A stretch of 20,367 bases of DNA from Candidatus Xenobia bacterium (GCA_045863235.1 BTUM01000119.1:1-20367), one strand, 5' to 3'; shown: positions 9,958 to 18,243, counted from the stretch's first letter. Translations and numbers: made by a program. The notes: a model not told the origin generated them from the sequence alone.

Positions 9958-11160
9958 TCAGCCCGGCAGGTTGCCGGCCCCCTCCCACCACAGACAGGCC
10001 AGGACGGCCTGCACGGAGGGGACGTAGCCCGAGCCCTTGTCGCCCCCGAGCACCACCACCAGGTAGATGACGGCCAGGATGGCCAGCACCAGGAAGAGGA
10101 TCTTCCAGATCGAGTAGGGCGCTTCGCCCGAGACCTTGCCCGTCTCGCCGTTGACCAGGAAGCGGTAGGACTTGCCCTGGTAGCGATAGGCGGCCACGTA
10201 GACGGGCAGCAGCACGTGCTTCCAGGTCACGTTGTCGAGCCGCATGGAGATCTGCAGGTTGCGGTGCGTGTCGCCTGGCACCTCCCTGGCGCACGCGTTG
10301 TACTCCAGCCGCTCGAACTCTTTCTGCCCTTTCTCCCAGCCGTCCCGGGGCCCCACGCCATACTCCTCGGCGGCCCAGCCCGACAGGTACTCGGGCTTGT
10401 AGCCCACCAGCTGGTTCTTGGTATTGAAGGGCTCCAGCGCCTTGACCAGGCTCTCGGACAGACCCTTGGAAGCGCAGATCAGGATGTCATCGTAAGTGCC
10501 GAAGTGATGCCCCGAGCTCGGCTGCCAGCGTGTCTTGGTCACGGTCCGGGTCTGGCGCTTGCCCTCGTTGTCGGTGTAGTGCTCGGTCTCCTGGTAGTAA
10601 TAGCCGCTTTCGGCCTTCCAGCGGGTCTCGGCGTTGGCGTCGAAGGTCCAGAATGGGGTGTAGAGCCCGTTGATGTCGTGCACCCGGGCCATGCGCTTGA
10701 GGTTGTTGGGACGAAACCAGAGCGAGCGCACCCACTCGGAGAATTTCTGAGCGGCCTGCTCTTTGGTCACTTTGAACGGGATCAGCGTCTCAGGCGTGAT
10801 CAGCGTGGGATCGGCTGGCTTCTCGGCCACCATTCGCGAGGCGCAGAAAGCACACTCACCCGAGGTCGTCTTTTCGGGGAACGTCGTGGTGGCCCCGCAC
10901 TGCTTGCAGGCCACCGAGTAGGTCTGCACGCCCCATCCTTTATTGGCTTCCCCGCTGAGAAGCTTACTCAGAGCGTGCTCGACCGGGCCCGAGAAGGTGG
11001 AGGCGGAGGGAGCCTCCTTGGGGATCTCCACCTCGGCGTCGCAGTACTCGCAGCGCAGGTTGCCCGCGCCGGCGGCAAAGACCAGGGTGGCCCCGCAGCC
11101 GGGGCAGGGAAACCGGCGCGTGGCCGGGCTGGCAGCAGCGTTCTGGGTCTCGGTGCTCAT
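9958..11160 (-). CDS. Zinc-ribbon membrane-anchored protein (family often labelled 'primosomal protein N-prime-like' or YdjG-like)
   Basis: Four CxxC pairs (CPGCGA, CEYC, CKQCGA, CAFC), LLPVY...Y.Y....Y..LVNG.TGKV.GE.PYS, and a C-terminal TM helix. ATG at 11160 preferred. Confidence 0.85.
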   Translation of the reverse strand: MSTETQNAAASPATRRFPCPGCGATLVFAAGAGNLRCEYCDAEVEIPKEAPSASTFSGPVEHALSKLLSGEANKGWGVQTYSVACKQCGATTTFPEKTTSGECAFCASRMVAEKPADPTLITPETLIPFKVTKEQAAQKFSEWVRSLWFRPNNLKRMARVHDINGLYTPFWTFDANAETRWKAESGYYYQETEHYTDNEGKRQTRTVTKTRWQPSSGHHFGTYDDILICASKGLSESLVKALEPFNTKNQLVGYKPEYLSGWAAEEYGVGPRDGWEKGQKEFERLEYNACAREVPGDTHRNLQISMRLDNVTWKHVLLPVYVAAYRYQGKSYRFLVNGETGKVSGEAPYSIWKILFLVLAILAVIYLVVVLGGDKGSGYVPSVQAVLACLWWEGAGNLPG

Positions 11161-11245
11161 CCGCCAGAATTCGATTTGCTCCTCGGGAATAACCTGCCGG
11201 CCCTCGCGTCTTGAACACACAGATTCCAAGACGAGGTGACAGACG

Positions 11246-12556
11246 ATGAACAATAAGCTTCTTGCCGGAGCGATCGGACTTTTTCTGGCTACCGGGCTCT
11301 ACCTCTCCGCCACCCTCTCGCGACCTGCCCAGGCCGAGCCACCCCGGCCCAAACCCACCGCAACGCAGAGCGTCGCCCAGAATCCGGACAAGCCGGACAA
11401 GCCGGACAAGCCCGGTAAGCCGGTTGTCGCCTGGGCCCCGGCCGTGAAGCCCAAGCCGCTCTCCCCCACTGTCCAGACCGGACTTGACTGGCTCGTCAAG
11501 CACCAGCTCCCCAACGGGGGCTGGGGGCAGGGTGAGGAGTCTCAGCAGATGGGAGGCGGGGCCAACCTGGCAGAGGTGGCCAACGTGGCCGATACCTGCA
11601 TCTCGGCGCTGGCCCTGATCCGGGCCGGAAGCACCCCCACGAGCGGTGAGCACGCCCAGAGCCTGCGCAAGGCGATCGGATTCGTGTGCGGCGAGGTGGA
11701 AGGCTCGGACCCCGACTCGATGCAGGTCTCCAAAGTGAACGGAACCCGGGTGCAATCCAAGCTCGGGCCTCACATCGACACCTTCCTGGCCTCCATGCTG
11801 CTGGCCGAAGTGAAGGGCAAGATGGGCGATCCGGCCGCCAACAAGCAGGTGGACGTCTGCCTGGCCAAGGTGCTCAAGAAAATCGAGAAGAATCAGAAGG
11901 AGGACGGCACCTGGACCCGCGAGGGCTGGGCTCCGGTGCTGGCTCAGGGAATGGCCAGCAAGGGCCTGAATCGTGCCGCTCAGGCGGGTGCGGACGTGGA
12001 CCTCAAGACGCTGGAGAAGGCCCAGACCTATGCCTCCACCCAGGCCACCGCCCCGGCCGGCGCGGCAGGCGAGGGCTCGGCGGGCGTGGCGCTTTACTCC
12101 ACCAGCTCCAACACCGGGGCTCTGCAAGACTCGCTCAACACGTTGGAAGCTCGCGAGGACGAGCTGAAGGACAAGGCCAAGAATGCGCCCACCAAGAAGG
12201 AGCGCGACGAGGCCCAGGGCCAGCTCAAGCAGCTCGACGACGGGCGCAAGGCTCAAGAGTCAGCCCGGGCCACCCTGGTCAGCAAGCTCGACGACCCCGG
12301 CTTCGTGGCCGGCTTCGGCAACAACGGAGGGGAAGAGTTCCTCAGCTACATGAACATCAGCGAGAGCCTGGTGGTCAAAGGCGGGGAGGAATGGCAGAAG
12401 TGGGACCAGTCCATGATCGCCAACCTTGGGCGCGTGCAGAATAAGGATGGCAGCTGGACCGGACACCACTGCATCACCGGCCGCAACTTCTGCACCGCCG
12501 CGGCGCTGCTGGTGCTGACCGCCGACCGGGCACCGGTGCCGATCACCAAGCGCTAG
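11246..12556 (+). CDS. Exported prenyltransferase/squalene-oxidase-repeat (QW motif) protein
   Basis: GAGGTGA RBS; signal peptide; Pro/Lys linker; QW motifs GLDWLVKHQLPNGGW, QKEDGTW and QNKDGSW. Confidence 0.85.
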   Translation: MNNKLLAGAIGLFLATGLYLSATLSRPAQAEPPRPKPTATQSVAQNPDKPDKPDKPGKPVVAWAPAVKPKPLSPTVQTGLDWLVKHQLPNGGWGQGEESQQMGGGANLAEVANVADTCISALALIRAGSTPTSGEHAQSLRKAIGFVCGEVEGSDPDSMQVSKVNGTRVQSKLGPHIDTFLASMLLAEVKGKMGDPAANKQVDVCLAKVLKKIEKNQKEDGTWTREGWAPVLAQGMASKGLNRAAQAGADVDLKTLEKAQTYASTQATAPAGAAGEGSAGVALYSTSSNTGALQDSLNTLEAREDELKDKAKNAPTKKERDEAQGQLKQLDDGRKAQESARATLVSKLDDPGFVAGFGNNGGEEFLSYMNISESLVVKGGEEWQKWDQSMIANLGRVQNKDGSWTGHHCITGRNFCTAAALLVLTADRAPVPITKR

Positions 12557-12632
12557 GAGCGTCCGACCGCCGCCTACGATCTCTTATGGCGGCTTGCGGC
12601 CGGAGTCTCCCAAACGCTACGCAACGCCAATA

Positions 12633-12671
12633 AAGCAAACAGACGCGAGCTGAGCCCGCGTCTGTTTGCTT
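12633..12671. terminator. Probable bidirectional intrinsic terminator between convergent genes
   Basis: Perfect 15-bp inverted repeat AAGCAAACAGACGCG / CGCGTCTGTTTGCTT; better U-tail on the minus strand. Confidence 0.75.
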
Positions 12672-12689
12672 CCAGGCCGAAAGGTGGGG

Positions 12690-13061
12690 TCAGCCGGCGA
12701 TGCGCCGGGTGGCCTCGTACTGCCTGAGTTTCTCGCGAATCTCGGCGGCCCGGCGGATGGCCCCCGAGACATCGCCATCCTTCAAAGGTTGGCGCGTGAT
12801 CGGTTTGCCCACCATCTGTTCCAGGCGGGCTTCCTGCTCACTCACCAGTTGCTGGCAGACGAAGGCCAGGTCTCCCTGCATGTCCTCCACCCACTGCTCC
12901 TGGCGCTGGCGCATCTCGCTTATGGCTGCTTCCTGGTCGGTCACCTTGCGCTGGGCAGCGGCCAGTGAACGGGCCAGGTCGAAATTCTTCTTACTGAGCT
13001 TCTTGTTCTGCTCGCGGACGTCGTCTTCCACTGGAGCGAACTCGACTTTGGCTTGTATCAT
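12690..13061 (-). CDS. Hypothetical coiled-coil protein (123 aa)
   Basis: AAGGAGA RBS upstream of the ATG; heptad-like charged helix; terminator downstream. Confidence 0.75.
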   Translation of the reverse strand: MIQAKVEFAPVEDDVREQNKKLSKKNFDLARSLAAAQRKVTDQEAAISEMRQRQEQWVEDMQGDLAFVCQQLVSEQEARLEQMVGKPITRQPLKDGDVSGAIRRAAEIREKLRQYEATRRIAG

Positions 13062-13163
13062 CGCTGGGTCTCTCCTTGAGGGGGAAAGTCAGAGTCTTCC
13101 GCTCTCATACTATGATCCGTGGCCACCGTTGCGCTGTGTTCTGGATCACAGGGAGCCAGGCAA

Positions 13164-14582
13164 TTGGATCCGAATCAGGCCCTCGTGCGTCTGCTGACCG
13201 CCTGGCTCATCTTCCTGACCACCCTGATGGGGGGCTGTGCGGGCTCGCTCACCTCCCAGATCTCCCGCTCGATCGGTCACGCCACCGACTACCTGGCCGA
13301 CCGTCAGTCTCATGACGGAGCCTGGCGCTCGGAGGTTTACAAGGATATGGAGGACGGCGTCTCGCTGACTCCCACCGTCTGCAAAGCCCTGATGTTCGGG
13401 GGAACCAACCAGCGGGCCCGCAAGTCGGCCGAGTTGGGCATGCAGTACGTGGTGGGGCTGGCGGATGCCAGCGGGCCGAAGGTCCCCCTGGCGTATCCGG
13501 TTTATGATGGGGCCGCCGCCGCGCTGCTCTTGATCCGAGCCGGGCAGGGTCAGTCGCAGGCCTGTCAGAGCTTTCTTCGCCTGTTGCGCCAGCACCAGTT
13601 GGGGTCGGAGGCGGGTTGGGCGCCGAAGGACCCTCAGTTCGGAGGTTGGGGATACTCCACCGCCATCCCCTACAAGCCCAGGCGGATGGAGCTCTGGAAC
13701 GCCGCCAGCGACTCCAACCTGTCCAGCACCCTGTTCGCTCTTGGGGCCCTGAGCAGGGCCACCTCCCCGGACGACCCGGCCGTGCAAGCCGGATTGGAGT
13801 TCGTTCTGCGCTGCCAGAATTACGACTCAGGCGACCTCGCCTTCGACGACGGGGGCTTTTTTGCCAGCCCCACCTTCGGGCCCCTGAATAAAGCCGGAGG
13901 AGCGGGAACTGACCGCCAGGGGCGCACCCGCTATGTCTCCTATGGGAGCGCCACCGCCGATGGAATGCGTTGCCTGTTGCGGGCCGGCTATCCGCCAGAC
14001 CACCCCCGCGTAGCCGCGGCTCGGGCCTGGTTAGAGAAGAACTTCTCCGCCCAGGAGATGCCCGGCAAGTTCCCCAACGAGCTGGAGATCGAACGCGACT
14101 CGCTCTATTACTACTGGTGCTGGTCGCTGGCTCACGCCATGAACGATTTCGAGCAAGCCGGAGGCCTGAGCAGCCTCAACTGGGCCGAGCCGATGGCCCG
14201 CGAGCTGCTGGCCCGCCAGCTGGACTCGGGCTGCTGGAAGAATCAGGCCACCGCCTCGCGCGAGGACGACCCTCTGGTGGCCACGCCGTTTGCCATGGCG
14301 GCTCTGTCCCTGGCGCGCCAGAAGCTGGTGGGGAAAGGAGGAGCTCCGACCAGGGCCTCCTCACCCCCGGCGAACCCGCGCCCCTCGAGCCGCCCGGGCT
14401 CGCCCTCATCCGGGCCTGTGGATGAGCCCCCGGCCAGTTCTGGCTCGCCTCCTTCGACCGGGCCGGATGAGCCTTCCGCCCCCTCTTCCAGTGGCGGGTG
14501 CTGGAAGTGCGCTGCCGGGGTCAGGTCCTGCCGAGATGGCGTTGCTCGACCTGCTGGCTCGAGTCGCCCCCAAACCGGTTGA
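13164..14582 (+). CDS. Prenyltransferase/squalene-oxidase-repeat protein, probable lipoprotein, with a Pro/Ser-rich tail
   Basis: TTG at 13164 (GGGAG RBS) or GTG at 13185; lipobox-like LMGGC; QW-type motifs YLADRQSHDGAW, FGGWGY, FVLRCQN...DGGFF, YGSATADG and QLDSGCW. Confidence 0.8.
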   Translation: MDPNQALVRLLTAWLIFLTTLMGGCAGSLTSQISRSIGHATDYLADRQSHDGAWRSEVYKDMEDGVSLTPTVCKALMFGGTNQRARKSAELGMQYVVGLADASGPKVPLAYPVYDGAAAALLLIRAGQGQSQACQSFLRLLRQHQLGSEAGWAPKDPQFGGWGYSTAIPYKPRRMELWNAASDSNLSSTLFALGALSRATSPDDPAVQAGLEFVLRCQNYDSGDLAFDDGGFFASPTFGPLNKAGGAGTDRQGRTRYVSYGSATADGMRCLLRAGYPPDHPRVAAARAWLEKNFSAQEMPGKFPNELEIERDSLYYYWCWSLAHAMNDFEQAGGLSSLNWAEPMARELLARQLDSGCWKNQATASREDDPLVATPFAMAALSLARQKLVGKGGAPTRASSPPANPRPSSRPGSPSSGPVDEPPASSGSPPSTGPDEPSAPSSSGGCWKCAAGVRSCRDGVARPAGSSRPQTG

Positions 14583-14949
14583 GCGTTACGAGCTGAGCGA
14601 GCGCCTGGAGGTCTCGCTGGAGATGCTCTACCGCCTGGTCTATCGATTGCGCGGTCAGCTCGGAGAGGGGACTGTGCTTCAGGTCGGACGCAGCACGACT
14701 CGCCGGGGAAAAGTCCATGGCCGGGCCGGCTACCGGCTTACTCGGCCCTGCGTGCGCCAGGCCTCGAGGTTCAACCTTTCCCTCCCTTCCTCGGGCGTCG
14801 GGCGCCCTTTCTTTCAGCATAAGCGTGCGACGCAACGCGCGCCATGCCCGAGCACTCCTCGAGTCCTCCCCAAATTGTCCCTTCCCATGCAAAAGAGGAC
14901 CCGATTCGCTCGAGTCCTCTCGCCTTGCCTGCGGCTGGCCGGTTCGTAG
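14536..14949 (+). CDS. Possible small OmpR/PhoB-type winged-helix DNA-binding protein or remnant
   Basis: MALLDLLAR..PKPVER.EL.E.L....EMLY..VYRLR.QLG....LQ.....GYRL resembles Trans_reg_C. Start uncertain (14422, 14467 or 14536). Confidence 0.5.
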   Translation: MALLDLLARVAPKPVERYELSERLEVSLEMLYRLVYRLRGQLGEGTVLQVGRSTTRRGKVHGRAGYRLTRPCVRQASRFNLSLPSSGVGRPFFQHKRATQRAPCPSTPRVLPKLSLPMQKRTRFARVLSPCLRLAGS

Positions 14950-15071
14950 GCACCGACCAGAGTTTCATCCTTTCCCTATCATTGCTCGCTTCCCCAAGGT
15001 CGAGCCCCCAATTCATGACCTGTCCCCATTTCCAAACGCTCTCGGCCCTCAGCCTGGGAGTCGCGGTAGTT

Positions 15072-15757
15072 TATCAGGCGACAGATTAAACTGACCCCCT
15101 AGCGACACCAAAACTGACCCCCCCCAGAAGAGAAGGAGGTCAGCTATGTCCCATTCGCATGTTCCCTCATCCAGGTGGATTGAGGGGATTTCAACAATTC
15201 AGGCACCAGAAGAAGTTCAAACTATGCTGAGTCTTGCTGCAAAGGGTTGGGGCGCCAAGCGTATCGCGCGTGAACTGGGGTGCAGCAAGAACACGGTCAA
15301 GCGCTATCTAAGGCAGGGCGGCTGGAAGCCGTATAAGGGGCCGAACAGGCAGCCACTGCTGGCCGAAATGTCCGGGTGGCTCCGTGAGAAGTTCCTGAAG
15401 CACTCTGGGAATGCCGACGTTGTGCGGCAGGAACTGAAGAGCGAGAAGGGGGTCGAGGTTTGTCTAAGGACCGTAGAGCGTGCCGTGGCAGACTTTCGCC
15501 GGGAAGATAGGGTTAAGGCGGAGGCGACGGTTCGGTTTGAGACCGCGCCAGGCCACCAGCTTCAGATCGACTTCGGTTCCAAGACGGTGTTGATCGCGGG
15601 AAAGCCTACGCGCGTCTTTGTCTTCGTAGCAACGTTGGGCTACTCGCGGCGGATCTACGTAGAGGCATTCCTTCACGAACGCCAATCGGCATGGTTCCAG
15701 GGATTAGAGGGAGCCTTCCGACACTTCGGCGGCATTACCGTTGAGGTTCTCATCGAT
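15072..15757 (+). mobile_element. IS21-family element A, left end plus truncated istA
   Basis: End TATCAGGCGAC (probably a variant of TGTCA...) with two subterminal repeats GCGACA...AAACTGACCCCC (15078-15099 and 15102-15122), followed by istA. Confidence 0.85.
15146..15757 (+). pseudogene. istA: IS21-family transposase, N-terminal 204 codons only
   Basis: AAGGAGGT RBS; HTH (IARELGCSKNTVKRYL); RFETAPG.QLQIDFG; LGYSRR; AFRHFGG...VLID. Homology ends at the second catalytic Asp. Confidence 0.9.
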
Positions 15758-15783
15758 TATGTTCCGCGCCACGTAATCGATGA
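15750..15783. other. 34-bp inverted repeat with 13-8-13 geometry at the istA/istA fusion junction (putative tyrosine-recombinase core site)
   Basis: TCATCGATTATGT-TCCGCGCC-ACGTAATCGATGA; arms match at 12/13 positions around an asymmetric 8-bp spacer. Confidence 0.6.
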
Positions 15784-16417
15784 CGACCACTCTGGGAGTT
15801 CCGCCAAAAAATTCAAGCATCCGGATATGCGAGCCGATCCAGCACGGGAGATCCTGGGCCCAGCTGGCCTCGGCAAAGGTGTTATTGCTTGCGCCCAGCA
15901 CCCCAACAAAGATCTGAGCCCAAGTGACCTCGCCGGTCTGGGCGTCGATCACCGGCACCTTGTCGCCGGCGTAGTCAACGAAGGCCTTCTCACCGAAGCG
16001 GTGTGTCTGGCGCATGACCGGCTCCACATGGCCGATCCACTCATTGTATCGCTCACAGAACCAGCTATACTCGAAACCGTCCGGGTTAGACCGTTTGTAT
16101 TCCTGCCACAAAAGCTGCAGGCTAACATGCACTTTCGGCCGCTTCAGCTCTCGATGCACCTCGGCCCAGTCAGGAACTGGTCTGGGGTCCGCAGCGCACG
16201 GCTCCACACGATAAAGCCGCGCCTCCAGGTCAGCATCACTCCATTCATCGGGGAGTGGCCACACAACGCCATTCCCCCTGGCGCGCATCAGACAATCGGA
16301 CACAGTAGAGGGGGACACGCGACACGAGGACGCGATGTCTCGATGGGTCTTCTCCTCCTCGAACTTGAGTCTTAACACCTCTCGGGCCTTCTTCATTGAC
16401 ATTTTAGGAGCTGGCAT
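15776..16417 (-). pseudogene. istA: IS21-family (IS408-like) transposase, N-terminal 214 codons only
   Basis: MSMKKAREVLRL; PDWAEVHREL; LQLLWQEY..NPDG..YSWFC..Y; MRQ.H..GEK.FVDYAG; IFVGVLGAS..TFAEA; FFGG.PR.VVID. Ends at the second catalytic Asp. Confidence 0.92.
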
Positions 16418-16468
16418 CCGTCCCGCGCCTCCTCAACATAAAGTTGAGGATTATTCACCACAGGTTGA

Positions 16469-16582
16469 CTGTGATCGGCTTCGCGTGGAAACCGTGATCG
16501 GCTTCCCGTGGAATCTGTGATCGGCTTGCCGTGGAAACTGCGATCGGCTTGCGTGGAAACTGTGATCGGCTACGCGTGGAAT
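16469..16582. repeat. Five tandem 22-23-bp IS21-family subterminal repeats (CTGTGATCGGCTTNNCGTGGAAA)
   Basis: Units at 16469, 16492, 16515, 16538 and 16560 with no spacers, abutting the IS terminus. Confidence 0.9.
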
Positions 16583-16587
16583 ACGCA

Positions 16588-17211
16588 ACCATTGACCCAG
16601 ATGATTGGTGGAGCAACTACGCCAAGGGCCTTATTTATGAGTCCTATCATTCAATGCCTGATCCGTTCATTGTAAACAAACTCTTAATAGAGGCCTTTGT
16701 TCCACACGCAACCCCAGACGTTGAGGCACACGTAGACATAACCCTGACCCTGGGCATGGCTGTCGCTCCGATGGGAGAAGTGGGTGCTGCTTCCTCTGAA
16801 TTAAGCAGGTGGGTTCAGACTCAGCTAGGCAGGTGGCACTGGACTCAACTGCTGGAATCATTCAATCCACTTAATTTCCGTCACCTCTTCAATCTGTCAA
16901 AATGCAAAATCTTTGAACATCACGTCATTCCTCAGGCGGACTTCATGCTTGATTTCCTGAAAGCTGCAGGCGTAAAGGATCCGATCGCTTTCATCGACCA
17001 GTTCGTGATTGGTCTTCCGAAGAGAATACACGATGCGGTTCACATAAAGAAATTCTTGGACCTGAGACCGGGAGGTGGCTTGTGGAACAAAGAATGGTAT
17101 GCCTGGGCTGAGGCGAATGTCGGCGCCAGCGTCGATGAAATCGTGAACCAAGCTCACCAAATGATAAAGAAACATAATCTGGAAAGCTACTTGCCATACT
17201 TCCAAAGATAA
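16588..17211 (+). pseudogene. 5'-truncated polymorphic toxin with a DUF2380/TIGR02269 (SitA6-like) C-terminal domain
   Basis: HHVIPQ...I..F...LP..IH..VH.....GG.WN..W motif; lower GC than the host; the frame runs into the IS end; immunity-type gene follows. Confidence 0.75.
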
Positions 17212-17305
17212 TTCTTGGAACAGGAGGCAAGGAGTAGAACCGGCGAAGACCTTCAAGCCAGGCTCGTTGTCCACGAAGAGTGGGCATCTTCTAAGAGAGG
17301 ATAGA

Positions 17306-18055
17306 ATGAAGATCTATCGCGCGATATCTGCCTCTGACCCATCATACCAGATGACAGGTAGATGCAAGTGGGTTCTACCCGGCGTGGAATGCCCCGACTG
17401 CGGTTCCACCTGGTCAATTATCGGCGCTGACTACCCCTCGGTAGACCTATCGGCTGCTGAGGACTTGATCGATGAGTTCGGGCTTCTTGACCGCCATTGT
17501 ATTGCCTGGCAAGCCTACAAGAGTCTGGAGAAGCGCCTAACTCCCTACACTGGGGCACGAAAGTTGTTGCCTGGAACAGGCATGGGTCCGTTTGAAGGTC
17601 AGATAAGTGCAGAAAAAGGAAACGCCTTTTGGCCGCAGTCCTGGGCAATTTTGATTCGCGACGACACGCTTAAGGCAATCGCCTTAGAACTTGGCCAGGA
17701 GTTATCGCACGGCAGTGCGGTTCTGAATGGCGAAAAATCCAATTTTGTCTACCTAGAAGTCCCAGTGGGTCCGGCTGTTTATGCAGCGAAGCCCAGATGT
17801 GCAACATGCGGTCGAATTTCGAACCGTCCAAAGGACAGAGACTTTGTGGGCATAGATTCTGCCAGCACCTCGGTTCCAGCAGTCTTCCGCGCAGCGGATT
17901 GGCCAACCAGAATCTTTGCGAGTGAAGCCTTCGTGAGAGCTAGTCAATCAGCTGGATTGGATGGAACCAATTTCTTGACCGCCGCAGAAGCTAGAGACCT
18001 ACATATTGCTAAGACCATTATGGGCGACCCCAGTATACTTTCAGAACTTCCATAA
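17306..18055 (+). CDS. Double-CXXCG motif protein (TIGR02264 / SitI6-like immunity protein)
   Basis: GAGAGG RBS and ATG at 17306; KWVLPGVECPDCGSTW...GADYPSVDLS, LPGT.MGP, CATCGR and VFR..DWPT.I..SE.FV. Confidence 0.85.
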   Translation: MKIYRAISASDPSYQMTGRCKWVLPGVECPDCGSTWSIIGADYPSVDLSAAEDLIDEFGLLDRHCIAWQAYKSLEKRLTPYTGARKLLPGTGMGPFEGQISAEKGNAFWPQSWAILIRDDTLKAIALELGQELSHGSAVLNGEKSNFVYLEVPVGPAVYAAKPRCATCGRISNRPKDRDFVGIDSASTSVPAVFRAADWPTRIFASEAFVRASQSAGLDGTNFLTAAEARDLHIAKTIMGDPSILSELP

Positions 18056-18205
18056 TCCCGCTCCCGGCTTCGAAGCGTGCACCTTCGCCCAGGCCTGGCC
18101 ATCGTAGCTGGCTGCAGTTCTTCCGGAGCCGCCCTGAGGGGGCGAGTTAGCGCCAGCCGTCGGCTCCGCCGCCGGCCGCCGCCAACTCGCCCCCTCTCCG
18201 ATCCT

Positions 18206-18243
18206 GGGGTCTGAGTATCAGTGGAACAGAAACTACAGTTAAG
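18206..18243 (+). mobile_element. 38-bp Tn3-family terminal inverted repeat (Tn3-like), facing right
   Basis: GGGGTCTGAGTATCAGTGGAACAGAAACTACAGTTAAG closely resembles the Tn3 IR GGGGTCTGACGCTCAGTGGAACGAAAACTCACGTTAAG. Confidence 0.85.

Larger units (their letters stand above)
15776..16587 (-). mobile_element. IS21-family element B, left end plus truncated istA
   Basis: Terminus TGCGTATTCC (minus strand) at 16587 with five subterminal repeats. Confidence 0.88.

Noticed and set aside
9958..11160. PriA helicase annotation
   Set aside because: No Walker or helicase motifs; only Zn ribbons and a TM helix.
8806..11214. 802-aa plus-strand ORF (and similar long shadows such as 1728..3116, 10964..12256, 6070..7239)
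   Set aside because: Opposite-strand or alternate-frame ORFs over well-supported genes, expected in high-GC DNA; no motifs.
11246..14582. Squalene-hopene cyclase / hopanoid cluster
   Set aside because: The proteins are too short, appear exported, lack DXDD, and have no hpn genes nearby.
15750..15783. Chromosomal dif site
   Set aside because: It shares only TTATGT with the XerD arm, has an 8-bp GC-rich spacer rather than 6 bp, and has no XerC arm.
15146..16375. Full-length 409-aa IstA
   Set aside because: Only the first 204 codons are IstA; the rest is the antisense of the second istA.
16469..16582. CRISPR-like or iteron-like repeat array
   Set aside because: Units are contiguous with no spacers and end in the IS21-type terminus; they are transposase-binding subterminal repeats.
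16531..16587. GTG start of the 226-aa toxin ORF
   Set aside because: It lies within the IS terminal repeats, so it is not the native start.
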